From: Xylographa opegraphella
Taxonomy: Eukaryota
Length of the DNA: 64,000 bases
Assembly (NCBI GenBank): GCA_022813865.1
Contig: JALDZX010000007.1
Span: 496,001-560,000, forward strand
Reading direction: 5' to 3'
Part shown: positions 26,584 to 37,888 of the stretch, piece after piece
Layout of the letters: every line of letters starts with the position of its first letter
How positions within the stretch are numbered: the stretch's first letter is position 1
Notes under the pieces: generated by a model
The model's input: the letters and a program-made list of their open reading frames with translations, nothing else
Database searches by the model: none
Told to the model about the DNA's origin: nothing
Made by a program: the position numbers and the translations under genes

Positions 26584-27954
26584 ATGTCCCCGTCAGCCGT
26601 ACCGCATAGCACTGCAAGCGACCATTTCAAAGATGACCTGAACCTGTCCATCCTCGGACTGGGAGTTGCCTATCCAGACGTCAAAAATGGGCCGGAAGCT
26701 CTCGACATCCTCGCGAGGCGCCACTACCCCGAATCAAAAGCGTACGTACTCTACCTGACAGCAATGCGCATGTGGTCGTGCGGGACAAACCGCTGAAGTC
26801 CCCTGATGAATACCAATCACTGACACTTTGCCAGGCTGAGCAAGGTCCTTTCCATCAACCAATTCACTGGCATTGACACTCGTTCGACCATTGCCACCGT
26901 TGACCATCCTGCTGTCAACAGACCCGAACCACCAAGTATAGCGGAGCTAGATAATATCTTCAGGAAGGAGGGTGTGCGATTATCCGTCAGCGCATGTCTG
27001 GACGCTATCAAGGAGTGGGGTGGCAATATTGAGGAGATCACTCATGTGGTCTCCACAACCTGCTCCAATTCTGCGAATCCTGGGTTCGACCACTACGTGT
27101 GCAAGCAATTGGGAATACGAAGCAATGTCGAGAAGGTCCTGCTGCATGGGATAGGATGTTCAGGTGGTCTGGCTGCCATCAGAACGGCGGCGAACCTGGC
27201 GTTGGGTCTGTCCTTTCGGCACAAACCTGCCAGAATACTGGTGCTCGCATGTGAGATAACAAGCATGATGGTCAGGTCCGAGTTGGACTCGATACATCAG
27301 AATCAGGAAGTACGAATAGGAGTTTGTCTTTTCGGTGATTGCGCTTCAGCGAGCATATTAAGCAATGGCGTCGGGGTTCCTCCTTCTACGGAACCTATAT
27401 ACCAGCTTCTTGGTTGGAAGCACGATGTAATAGAGGACACTGAGCAGGACCTCGGGTTTGATGTTGACCCTCATGGTATGTCTAATTACCGTCTAACCTG
27501 AGAAATCCATTCCAATCGAACCCAATTGACTTTTTTTCCAGGGTGGAAAGTTATTCTTACTCCCAGGGTTCCCATGCTCGCAGCTGCAAGTGTCCAGCCA
27601 GCATTCCAGGACTTACTCAACTCATTACCACGATACCACAAACAGGATCTCCCCACGACTGCAGCAGACTTCGATTGGGCACTCCATCCTGGCGGCTTGA
27701 CTGTCCTCACGGGGGTCGAAGCGGCCATGAACCTTACTCCGGAGCACCTACGCGCGAGCTATGAAATTTACATGGAGAACGGCAACAGCTCCAGCGCAAC
27801 GATCATGAGTGTAATGAATCGGCTGCGCAAAGACGAAGGCGGTCGAGAGAACGTCGTCGCCTGTGCTTTCGGGCCCGGCATTATCATTGAAATGATGATC
27901 ATGAAAAGGCCAAGCCTAGCAATAATCAACCTCCCGACTGAAGATCTAGATTAG
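26584..27954 (+). CDS. Type III polyketide synthase (chalcone-synthase-like; alkylresorcinol/alkylresorcylic acid synthase type)
   Basis: Catalytic triad intact: Cys in LLHGIGCSGG, His in WALHPGG, Asn in GNSSSAT. Also LFGDCASA and CAFGPG. Introns at about 26742-26834 and 27476-27542. Confidence 0.93.
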
Positions 27955-29993
27955 ACAAAAGTTCGTGGACAGGTGTTTATGAGTAGGAATTATCCGTGTC
28001 TAGCGAAAACGCGCTGTTGGCTGTTAAATTGCCGATCGACGATGTCTCCGGAATTGGGAAGATCCAGGTATTATTTCTCGTTCCTCACTATAGACTGTGG
28101 TAGATTGGGCGGGCTTACTTTGTTCTTCAAATCCTGGATCAGCGTCCTCAGCAAATTCGCTTCTAACAGATCACGAGACGCAGCTAGACGTTTAGATGCA
28201 ATAGATACACGGTCAGCGGAATGAATAGATGAGGTCCACAACCGAATGTCCTTTGATGTCTGTGCTTGGGGGCGGTCTCATAGCTCCAGCTGACCTGTGG
28301 GCGTGGCGGCAATAAATGCAATGACAAAGGTCTGGTAATGTCTTATCCAGGCAGTTGTCCACGTCTTGGTCTATAGCCTGCTTCATAACCGATCATCAAC
28401 CCTACCAGTAGTCCTCGAAGCTTAACCACTCACTGGCTGGCTGGCTGGCTGGGGTAGTTATTTCCCTAACCACAGATTCAGCGTTGCAGCCTTCATTTGA
28501 GATTCCAGCCACATCCAATGTTCCTCTTTAGCTTCTGTTGGTACTGGTCCATCTTAATTCTGAACAAGAACCTCATCTCTCGTCCAAGTCGCCGTAGACA
28601 TCGTCATATAGACCAAGAGCACCCTTTATGCTACCGACCTCCTCCTTTCCTCCTTCCCCCACAGCAGAACATACCGCCCCACTCCCCCTAGGGGTAAATT
28701 CCACAAGGGCAGATCCGGCATGATACAAATCACATGAAGGATAATACATAGGGCATCCTTTCAAATGCGACGGCACTCGATCCGCCATGTCGGGCGGCTG
28801 GAGCTGTCGACACGGCTCCGGTTCTCACGAGCCGATGCCTCTTTCCACAAAGCTGTTTTGGAGGGAAATGCTCAGAGGTTATATATTCACTGTCTCATGT
28901 CTGTGACTTTTTGAATTATCGATATCGCTGCCCTAGAGACCTCGTGCGGAGCTATGGGGTCTCGGGAAGTTCTGCTTTCTATGGCCGGCTTCAGAACGGC
29001 TATGTATTCTTCGTTCTTGGCCTCGTTTATTTATGGCACAGATGCATCGCCGACCGTTGGTCGGATTACTCGAGCCAATCTCATCTTGCGGGAGGAGAGT
29101 CCGTTTGGCTGCCTCAGCAAGGTAGTCTACCGAGAGTCAAGTTGCCGCCCCGGTACGGATGTATGGTCCTCGCCGATGCCGTCGCGTTGTTCACTTCCTG
29201 CAGGAAGGAACGCCACCAGGTCTGTCAAGCACGTAGATCATGTCAGCGGCCCAAATTATGTTTACATTTGACAAAAATTGAGTGAAATGCCATAAACGAT
29301 AGGCCGTGATGATATGTAGTTCTGTTCACGAATTATATCATTTCTGAAAGACGACCACATCATTCGTAACTCTATGCAACTCTGTCATATGAGACTATCG
29401 TGTGTACTATAGGATCTATACGAAGTCTAATGATGATATCTGGATCCTTACTCCAGCTCTTGGCCTCTCAGCTCTGCATGTCCACAGCCTAACAATTGTG
29501 TGTCGGGGCGTCGAGGTTTGGCCAGAACACCACGTGCCGCCGTCGTTACTGTGCTACCTACCATCATTGGCTCGTCTCCAATACGAAGTCCTGGCTGACA
29601 TTCCAATTCTAGCTTAGAACAAACGGAATCTCGAGTGTGGCTGCCAGCACCTCAGCCGCACGCTTCTAGATTTCTGCAATATCTTTTCTGCTTTCCTTTT
29701 TCGGCCCGCGATGTTACGTTCTTGCAGCATCGCACCCGCCGGTCGCCCTCCTTTGTGGTTGCTGCACCCCGGTGTGGCTTGATTCTAGACACCGGCTGAG
29801 CAGGGTAAACAATATGTGTGCGCTGGTGGAGGAAGAACATCAATAGGTATATATCCGTCCTTGTGGTGGTTGCCAGCATGTTTCGCTCGCCACCATTTTT
29901 TTTCAGCGACCGCTTTCCCAGTATATTTTTATACCGTTGCTGTATCTGCTTGATAGCTTATTCTCGAGCAAAATACTTCCTGTCCATATCGTC

Positions 29994-30778
29994 ATGATGC
30001 GTTCTTTCTTTCAATACGCAGCAGCTATAGCTTTCTGCGCATCCACATTTGCGAATGCTTCCGCACTCCCCAACCTACGGCATTCCGAACGCGCCGCCTC
30101 GTTAGCCGGTTACAACATGTATCTCCCCCATATCGCTCCACCCGTTCCGCTTTCCTACTAACCCTCCTTAGCGTCAACCTCCGCATTGAAGGCACCAACA
30201 CCATCTACGAAGCCCCCATCTTCTCCGGTCCGCGCAACGTCACCACTCCCAGCGGCGGGACGCACTTGTGCGACGGGACCAACGATGCCGCGAACCCCAC
30301 CCCTGGCAACACCTGTACCGACGCCCTGGACGCCGCCTCGAAGCTCCTCCGCTTTCCCTTCGACGGCACCTACGACGCCGAGTTCCAAGACTTCTTCATC
30401 ACCTCCATCGGTGGCACCACCGAGACCGCCACCGAGTTCTGGGGCCTGCTGCTGAATTACCAGTTCACACCTGTCGGGGGCTGCCAGCAGGAAGTCAAGC
30501 CCGGGGATCATGTCCTGTGGGCCTTCAACGCCTTCAACGCTGCCTATTTCCTCAAGGCCGAGCCCGAGGTGGTGGCGATCCTGCCGGGCAAGAGCGCGGT
30601 GGTGACGGTCACGGATGGGACGACCGGCGTGCCGGTTGCGGGGGCGGAGTTTGCGGGGCAGCTGACGAATGCGCAGGGGCAGGTGACGGTGACGGGGAAG
30701 AAGCCGGGGGTGAATGTATACAAGGCGACGAGGAGCGACTCGATTCGGTCGAATGCGGTGGTCGTCACCATAATTTGA
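29994..30778 (+). CDS. Secreted protein with DUF4430 / transcobalamin-C-terminal-like domain
   Basis: Signal peptide MMRSFFQYAAAIAFCASTFANA. Intron 30119-30171 restores VNLRIEGTNTIYEAPIFSGPRNVTTPSGGTHLCDGTN...DFFITSIGG...FWGLLLNYQFTPVGGCQQEVKPGDHVLWAF, a DUF4430-like pattern, followed by an Ig-like tail. Confidence 0.75.
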
Positions 30779-31824
30779 GCGGTGCGAAGGAGGGCAAATA
30801 AATAGGGGGGGTGGCGTACCGGTCCTGCTTGGGTGATTGAACTACCGCACGGAGCAAGACTTCTGATCCCTGAGCACCGTTCTCACATTGGATCGGAGGC
30901 ACTGCTCAAGAGTATATCACGAACTGATACTGTACATCGTCTTCGCTCCACTACTCAGTCGATGCAGTTGTCCGGAAACAGTATACTTCGCTTAAGGAGG
31001 ATACCTTATCGATGGATGTACAGAAAAGCAAGTCCCTAGACGGCTTCGAGAAAGCATACCGGATAGCTCGGTTGCTATTCGTTAAAGAATATACTGTCTG
31101 CTTCATGGACATTCATCAAGGGGAATACGCATACGTCAAGTCGCCTTATCAAGCTTACGGTATGGAATTTGAGTAGCAATGCTACAAGTGCAAACTTTTC
31201 CAATCAAAGTAATCACGGCCCATGTTTATATAGAAACTTGAATTAAATACGACCTTGATTGTAATACCACCAGTTGAACACATTTAATTTGTCTATCTAA
31301 CAGTCTGTTCACGGCTGACGGGCAAATCACAACCTTGACCTCGATAGCTGTCCTCGATAAGAGAGTTGGTAAATTATCTTTCTTTATTAAATAGCGCAGG
31401 CTACACGGGAGAAATTCAGGTTGCAGTCGATCTGTACCTCCGTACTTGGGCCTAGTTGAAGCTGGTTTGGCGAGGCTTTGGAAATGCGATGAATCAGATT
31501 ATGATGCCGCTTACAGCTCAATTCAGCAGCTCTGTTGGTCCGCTTGATATGTCTTGCATCGGGGCAAGGCTTGCAAGGTAGAGTACGACTCCTGTAGCAA
31601 TAGCATTCGATTACTATGTTGTGGACGGTGCGGAGATATCAGGATGTAAAGCTTCGGCCAGCTACGGATTTTAGTCAAAGGAGTGCAAACATGCCAAACA
31701 CATAGGTCCTACGCGAGACTCCGCGTGCCGCGCGCAAGGCCAAAATATTTCATAGGGCTTTCGAACTGGGGTATTTTTTGAAGGACCACCGTTCTCCCTC
31801 TGCAAACATTCACAATACACCAAC

Positions 31825-33599
31825 ATGTCTCTCACGATACCCAATGCACCCAACAGTGGGCTATTCAAGCAAGGTTACCAAAAGTGAGTCCGCAGGCGTA
31901 ATGCTGCATGTATACCTGGAGATCGTGTTAAGCTCTCTTATAGCTATGAATCCGAGGACGGCGCAGTGGTGCGAAACATAGAAGCATGCCGCGCGATCGC
32001 ACAGACAGTCCAGACCTCGTTAGGCCCCTATGGCCGGAGTAAAATCGTCATCAATCATCTCCAGAAAATGATACTCACCTCAGATGCGGCAACTATATTA
32101 AGGGAGCTCGACGTGGTGCATCCAGCTGCGAAGCTGATAGTCATGGCGAGCCAGCAGCAAGAGGCCGAGATGGGAGACGCCACGAACATGGTCATTGTCC
32201 TGGCAGGAGAGTTACTGAAGAAGGCTGAGGAACTGTTACGGATGGGATTGAAGGCCAGTGAGATCGCCCAGGGATACGAACGGGCTCAGACAGAGGCGCT
32301 GAAGTGCTTGGACCGTATGTGCTATGAACCCGCACCTGGGACGTTTTTGTTATGGATAGCACAGCTGATGATTGGACAGAGCTCGTGGTAGACGAGGTCA
32401 AGGACCTAAGATCGCAGGCAGAACTGAGCAAAGCTATCCGGACAGTCGTTGCCTCCAAGCAGTCCGGCAACGAGGACTTCCTCGCAGATCTCGTTGCCGA
32501 AGCCATTCTCGCCGTTCTACCCAAAAACCCCATCAACTTCAACGTCGATAACATCCGAGTCGTCAAAATCATGGGCGGCTCGCTCCCCCAATCGCGTGTC
32601 GTCAAGGGCATGGTCTTCGGCCGCGAGCCCGACGGGTCGATCAAGAAAGCCCGCAAAGCCAAAGTCGGCGTCTTCGCCTGCCCGATCGACATCTCCCAAA
32701 CCGAAACCAAAGGCACCGTCCTCCTTCACAACGCCAAGGAAATGCTGGACTTCACAAAGGGCGAAGAGAGCCAGCTCGAAGCCATCATCAAGGAGCTCCA
32801 CGACTCTGGCCTCCGCGTCATTGTCGCCGGCTCCACCGTCGGCGAGCTCGCGCTCCACTATCTCAACCGCTACTCCATCCTCGTCATCAAAGTACTTTCC
32901 AAATTCGAGCTTCGCCGTCTCTGCCGCGTCGTCGGCGCGACCCCACTCGCCCGCCTCGGGGCCCCCATGCCCGACGAGATGGGCTCGGTCGACATCGTCG
33001 AGACGCTCGAGATCGGCGGCGACCGCGTCACCGTCTTCCGCCAAGAGAACGACGCCACCCGCACGGCCACCCTCGTCCTCCGCGGCGCGACTCAGAACCA
33101 CCTCGACGACATCGAGCGCGCGGTCGACGACGGCGTCAACGTCATCAAGGCCATCACGCGCGACGCGAAACTCGTCCCCGGCGCCGGCGCCACGGAGATG
33201 CAGCTCGTGGAGCGGCTCACCGCCTTCGGCGAGCGCACGCCCGGCTTGCCCCAGTACGCCATCAAGAAGTACGCCGAGGCCTTCGAGGTCATCCCGCGCA
33301 CGCTGGCCGAGTCCGCCGGCCTCGACGCCACCGACGTGCTCGCCACCCTGTACACCGCCCACCACAAGGCCGCCGACGGCGACTGGACCGTCGGCGTCGA
33401 TGTCGAGAACGAGGACGGCTCTGGCACCCTGGATGCCCGCGAAGAGGGCATCTTGGACTTGCTCATCAGCAAGCACTGGGCGATCCGTCTCGCGACCGAG
33501 GCGGCTCGCACGGTGCTGAGTGTTGATCAGATCATCGTCGCGAGGCAGGCTGGGGGGCCGAAACCGCCGGGCGAGAACCCGAATTGGGATGAGGATTAG
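31825..33599 (+). CDS. cct8: T-complex protein 1 subunit theta (CCT chaperonin)
   Basis: MSLTIPNAPNSGLFKQGY, SLGPYGRSK, HPAAKL, GDATN, ERAVDDGVN and VDQIIVARQAGGPKPP...NWDED. Two introns. Confidence 0.97.
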
Positions 33600-34104
33600 G
33601 GAGGAGGGGCGGTGCTTCTTAGATCTATACTAGTGATGCCGAAACGGTAATGCGTTCGTCGGAGATTATCGGCTTCCCGCTGTGAGTGAGTATATCATGA
33701 AGCGAGTGATGAACTTGTGACAACCGTAGCAATGGACGAGCGTAGTGTGCTGGGGGGATTGTCGACGGGACAAAGTCATAGGCAACTAAGAGGGCGTGTT
33801 TACTCTACGGTGGTGTTGATTATGCCTCTCACGACATCGTAGTTACTAGTAGAAAGTACGTACTGAGAAGTCCGTCTGAGCGAGAGCTTCAGATCGGAAA
33901 ATTTTCATCTATACTATAACAAACTAGAAGATCCGACAAGCTCCAAGGCCAGTCCCGGACTCTAAGCAAAAAGGGAAAAAAAAGAAAAGAAAAAAAAAAC
34001 CAAAGAAAGAAAACCGATCCCGCTCCCTCTTCTCCCTTCCACGTCCCAAAAGTTGAAAGCCTGGCTGCATTGCAGCGTCCTGGCACCAAACGCTCCTCTC
34101 CTGT

Positions 34105-35031
34105 CTAAACGAACGAGGAGGGATGCACGTCGCTGCCCTGGAAGCTGGTCACCGTCGCCATCGAGGCGCTTGGGCGGACCGAGCGCTCAGGGAGAGCCTG
34201 CATCTCGATCTGCTCGAAGTTGTCGGCGCCAAGTCCGTGGTCTACCTCCACAGGATCGTGGCAGCGGGCTAGGACGACTATCAGCGCAATCCTGGCATGT
34301 CTCGTCCCAAGGAACTTACCGATGTGGATCTTGATGAACCGGCGTTCGCGGATCACCAGCCAGCACTGGGCGATGCAGAGGAAGCTGGTAAATGTTAGCG
34401 CTAGAGCCACGGGGTCAGTAGCAGTCAGAGGAAACATACATTTGAAGACCGGCGATTATCGTAGCGGTGCGGTAGACCGCTACCGGAGGTTGTTCGAACG
34501 CCAGACGGAAGTCCTTGCCATTGGGCCACAAGATCATGCAGACGAAGGTGGCGATCCAGAGGAGGACGCCAAGCGGCTCGAAGATGGCGTTCATGTTGAT
34601 CATTTGCGGAATGCCTTCGTCGAACCGATACTCTGGATCGTATGGAGTCCCTCGCAGGGTCATGGAAGACCCTTGGCGGTTCGCAGGATACAGACGCCAT
34701 TGCAAGCTGTACCAAAAGATTGCCGCAGGAATAACAGTGACTGTATAGTGATCGTCAGTAGAAGTACAGTAGTCGAACACCCATACCCGAAGGCGAGGCT
34801 TTGAATGTGATGGGAGCGTCAACATCAACGATGAGAGAACTTACGGTTCGCGATAGCAGCATATTCGAAACCAGTCCAATAGCCAGGATTCGCGTAACTG
34901 TAGCCAAACAATACAATGCCAACAAGGCATAACAAAAGTCTCATGATATAGAGGTATATGCCCGCGCTCATGACTTTGTAAGCCACCGGCCTGAGCTCAG
35001 ATGTAGGAGCAGTGAATCTAACGTCCCACAT
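34105..35031 (-). CDS. Hypothetical membrane protein, 5 exons including a 12-nt micro-exon
   Basis: Four GT-AG introns (about 34799-34844, 34741-34786, 34385-34439, 34269-34319) splice into one open frame with hydrophobic segments (IYLYIMRLLLCLVGIVLFGY, LGVLLWIATFVCMILW, IIAGLQIFLCIAQCWLVI). Confidence 0.7.
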
Positions 35032-35129
35032 GATGCTAGCTGTGCAAATTTCTATTGGAAGTGATGCTTTGCTATTGGCTGTATTCTTGAGAAGCTAGGC
35101 TCACGGAGTCGAAATGAGTAAAATGGGCT

Positions 35130-35790
35130 GACGGTCGAAAGAGCCTTAGGCGTGAAGTATGGGAGAGGAATCTCAAATCAACTGGCAGTCAAAGATATGT
35201 TGGGGAATTGTGTAGCGAAGCTAGACAACCTTCCGAGAATGTCGGTACTTGATCCTATGGATCGGCTAGGTTGACAGTCGAAGAAGCTTATCCAGACGTA
35301 GGTATGTACGGGATAACGTGGGTCAATTGACAGTCGGTGGTGTATTGAGGATGGATCTGTTCAAGCAAGACAAACTTTTGAAGAAGTAGGTATTCGATCG
35401 GGAGGAGTCAGCCGGTTCGACAGTCGAAGTAGTCTCGGGAATGTGAGGTACGACACAAATGGTTGAATCCTCCTGATAGTAGAACGTATCTTGGAGACTT
35501 CTCTGCCCGTAGTAATGTTGCAGTCCCGATATTTGAGGATGTTGGTAATCAGTCAGGATAGGCTAGATGGCTCGATAGTCGAAGCAGTTTCGTCAATGTG
35601 AGGTTCGTAGAAGGCAAGAGACCAGTGACAGTAGAAGTGTGTGAGGTACGTGTTCAACGAAGATGATAAAACCGGACTCCCCTTTCAGAATGTCGGTCTG
35701 TAGTCAGAAAGAAGCAGTCGGGTCAAGAGTTCACGAAGTCTGGCGACCGTAGGATGTTTACAAGACAGTCAAGCTTGCTTGACAGTACGA
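35130..35790. repeat. Degenerate higher-order tandem repeat, period about 140-155 bp, about 4.5 units
   Basis: Motif GACAGTCGAAG and variants at 35130, 35184, 35273, 35329, 35419, 35475, 35574, 35627, 35713 and 35764, with spacings alternating 54/89/56/90/56/99/53/86/51. Confidence 0.7.
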
Positions 35791-35892
35791 TGTATGTTGG
35801 TGTTGTCTCTTGATGAAATGATGAAGCTGGACTGCCTGTTGATGATCTGTGGAAGATACTGAAGGTGGATGAGATCGTTCACCAAGATTGCT

Positions 35893-36105
35893 AAACTTGA
35901 GGCTTCTCGCGAGGACTGGTCAGGAACAGGGTATTTCGGCTTAACAGCAGAAACGCGTCATGTATCTGGGTCTTAAGTAGGGGTGGTTCAACTTGAATGC
36001 AGAGCTTCACTGAGAGGCTTGGGTAGGAACAGGGTATTTCAATTAGATGCAAGAACGCGTTGTGTGTTTCGGCCTGCAGTAGAGATGGCTCAACCCGATT
36101 CTAGA
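35893..36105. repeat. Degenerate tandem repeat, about 103 bp x2
   Basis: aggaacagggtatttc at 35922 and 36025, each preceded by aacttga and followed by aacgcgt and agtag..tgg.tcaac. Confidence 0.7.
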
Positions 36106-36539
36106 GGCTCACCAAGAAGATTGATCAGTAGTAAAGTAGTTCAACTGGACAGCAGCAAGATGTTGGGTCTCGGGGTCTGCAGTAAAGATGATGGATTTTC
36201 ACAAGATGCAAGATGATAACGTGTCTTAGAAGAGAGGTGATGAAGACTGAAATAGCAGTGAAAAGCTCGAACAGCAGTGAACCGTGCGTAGCGAGATGGG
36301 ACGAAATTGGCTAATGTGCGCTTTAGGGCTTCATTCCGGCCATAAGTCGGAGATATGGCGTATTGGAAGAGGACGGAAGAGCCCTGCACAGGGCCAATAT
36401 ATCTGGCACCAAACAACAATAAGCCCCGCACCAAGCATCACCACACACGAGTCATAGCCTCTGAAAGATTGGATAATAAATGCCAGGTCTGGTTCTCTGT
36501 CAAATACTCCCATATCGAGGAGCAGATACATCGTGGCCG

Positions 36540-36865
36540 TACCGCTATCTCTGCCTCATATTGTGCGCCCGGCACAACGAATCAGACATTCAGCACTCAT
36601 ATCGACATGCCATTGAGGATGAAAGTTCATCATTGTCCTGCAAGGAGAGTCCGGGACAGCTTTCCCTAATCGTCATCGAGGAGGAGGATCTCTGCCCGTG
36701 TCACTGTGCTGAATGGAGAAGATCAGAATCAGACACCAGTGCTCATACCAGTCCGGCATTCTCAGAAAGCGTTCATGGCTTTCCAGCAAGAGGAGTCCTT
36801 ATATGTCGTCCCCTGATTATCATCAGAGATGCTAATCTCTGCATGTCTCAATGTGCTCGATAGGG
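36540..36865. repeat. Degenerate tandem repeat, about 141-147 bp x2-3
   Basis: atctctgc at 36547, 36688 and 36835; gaatcagaca at 36579 and 36726, each followed by ctcata. Confidence 0.7.
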
Positions 36866-37888
36866 CAAATAGAAAAGGCCAAGTCTGTGCATCGGTTCGA
36901 CGTCCTCAGCATCCTGAAGATTGTTCCTGATAGAGTAAGAAGCGGCCTATATCGGCAATCTCTCAGCGCTGTTGAATATGGGTGTCTCTGTTGGTGATAT
37001 AGCGCCTGATATAGCAGATCAAAAGGCTATGGTGTATACTGGTATGGTGCTCTTCGCAGACTGTGTCTATAATAGATCGAAATGGAGATTCCTGTTATGT
37101 CTCTGTTCCAAGATCTCTGCCTTGACCGGGACAGTTAACAACTCCTGCTGGAGGGCAAGTAGACCTGGCTTTCTCTATGTTGGGCTTCTCAGTCAACACA
37201 CGAGCCGGTGGTTCCATGCAAGGCTGAGATGCTTCTAGCTATCAGCATTAACCTACCTGCTATTCTGCGGCATAGAAAGTCACGGCAGAATTGTTAAACG
37301 AGTGGTTGGGGGCCGCAAGGAGAATGCAGGAGAAGCAGGAGTCGATCTGTCGTCTATTCGTGTGCCGTCCATTTGGCGGTTGTGGCATCCCTGGCATTTC
37401 TGGCGTGCCACAGCCGACCAACCTTCTCCTTCCCCTCTCCCAATTGGACATGACATGTGCCTTTTGATCCATCGCAAGGCTTAAAGCAAACCATACTAAA
37501 GCGGACTGCCAGACATATGGCATTCGATTCTTGATGATTGTATCTCTTTCTCTGCGAAGTCGTCACAATCCGGTGCCATACTTGCGGCGTGCCAGGTGTT
37601 TTGGCGGTGAAGCTCAACAGGACGCTCTGCCCGTGCATTAATCAGCTGAGTACTCTGGTCACGCCTGCCAGACGCAGTTCCCGTTCAGAATAGAAAGCAT
37701 CGGGGACGCTGCAGAGGCTCTGTACTCAGTGGCAGGTTCTGCAGAGACGTTCGTTAAGCAAAATAAACTGGTCAGTGTCGCAGGTCACGCCTTTCGGTCA
37801 GGCGCTTCGATTGGATCTCCGGTTCCTTCAGAGACAACGAACGTGATACTTTGACGCCTGCGAGAGCTGGCGCATTTCTGTGGAAAAC

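Noticed and set aside
28573..29285. Short ORFs downstream of the type III PKS as possible cluster members
   Set aside because: No enzyme or transporter motifs recognised; at most decayed fragments.
32449..33519. 356-aa same-strand and 319-aa antisense ORFs over cct8
   Set aside because: Expected shadow ORFs of a GC3-rich, highly conserved gene.
33968..34013. A-rich tract as a possible retroelement poly(A) tail
   Set aside because: No target-site duplication or RT remnant; it lies between convergent 3' ends and is likely simple sequence.
35130..35790. Repeat-spacer pattern as a CRISPR array
   Set aside because: Eukaryotic context, cores short and degenerate, spacers related to each other, no cas genes.
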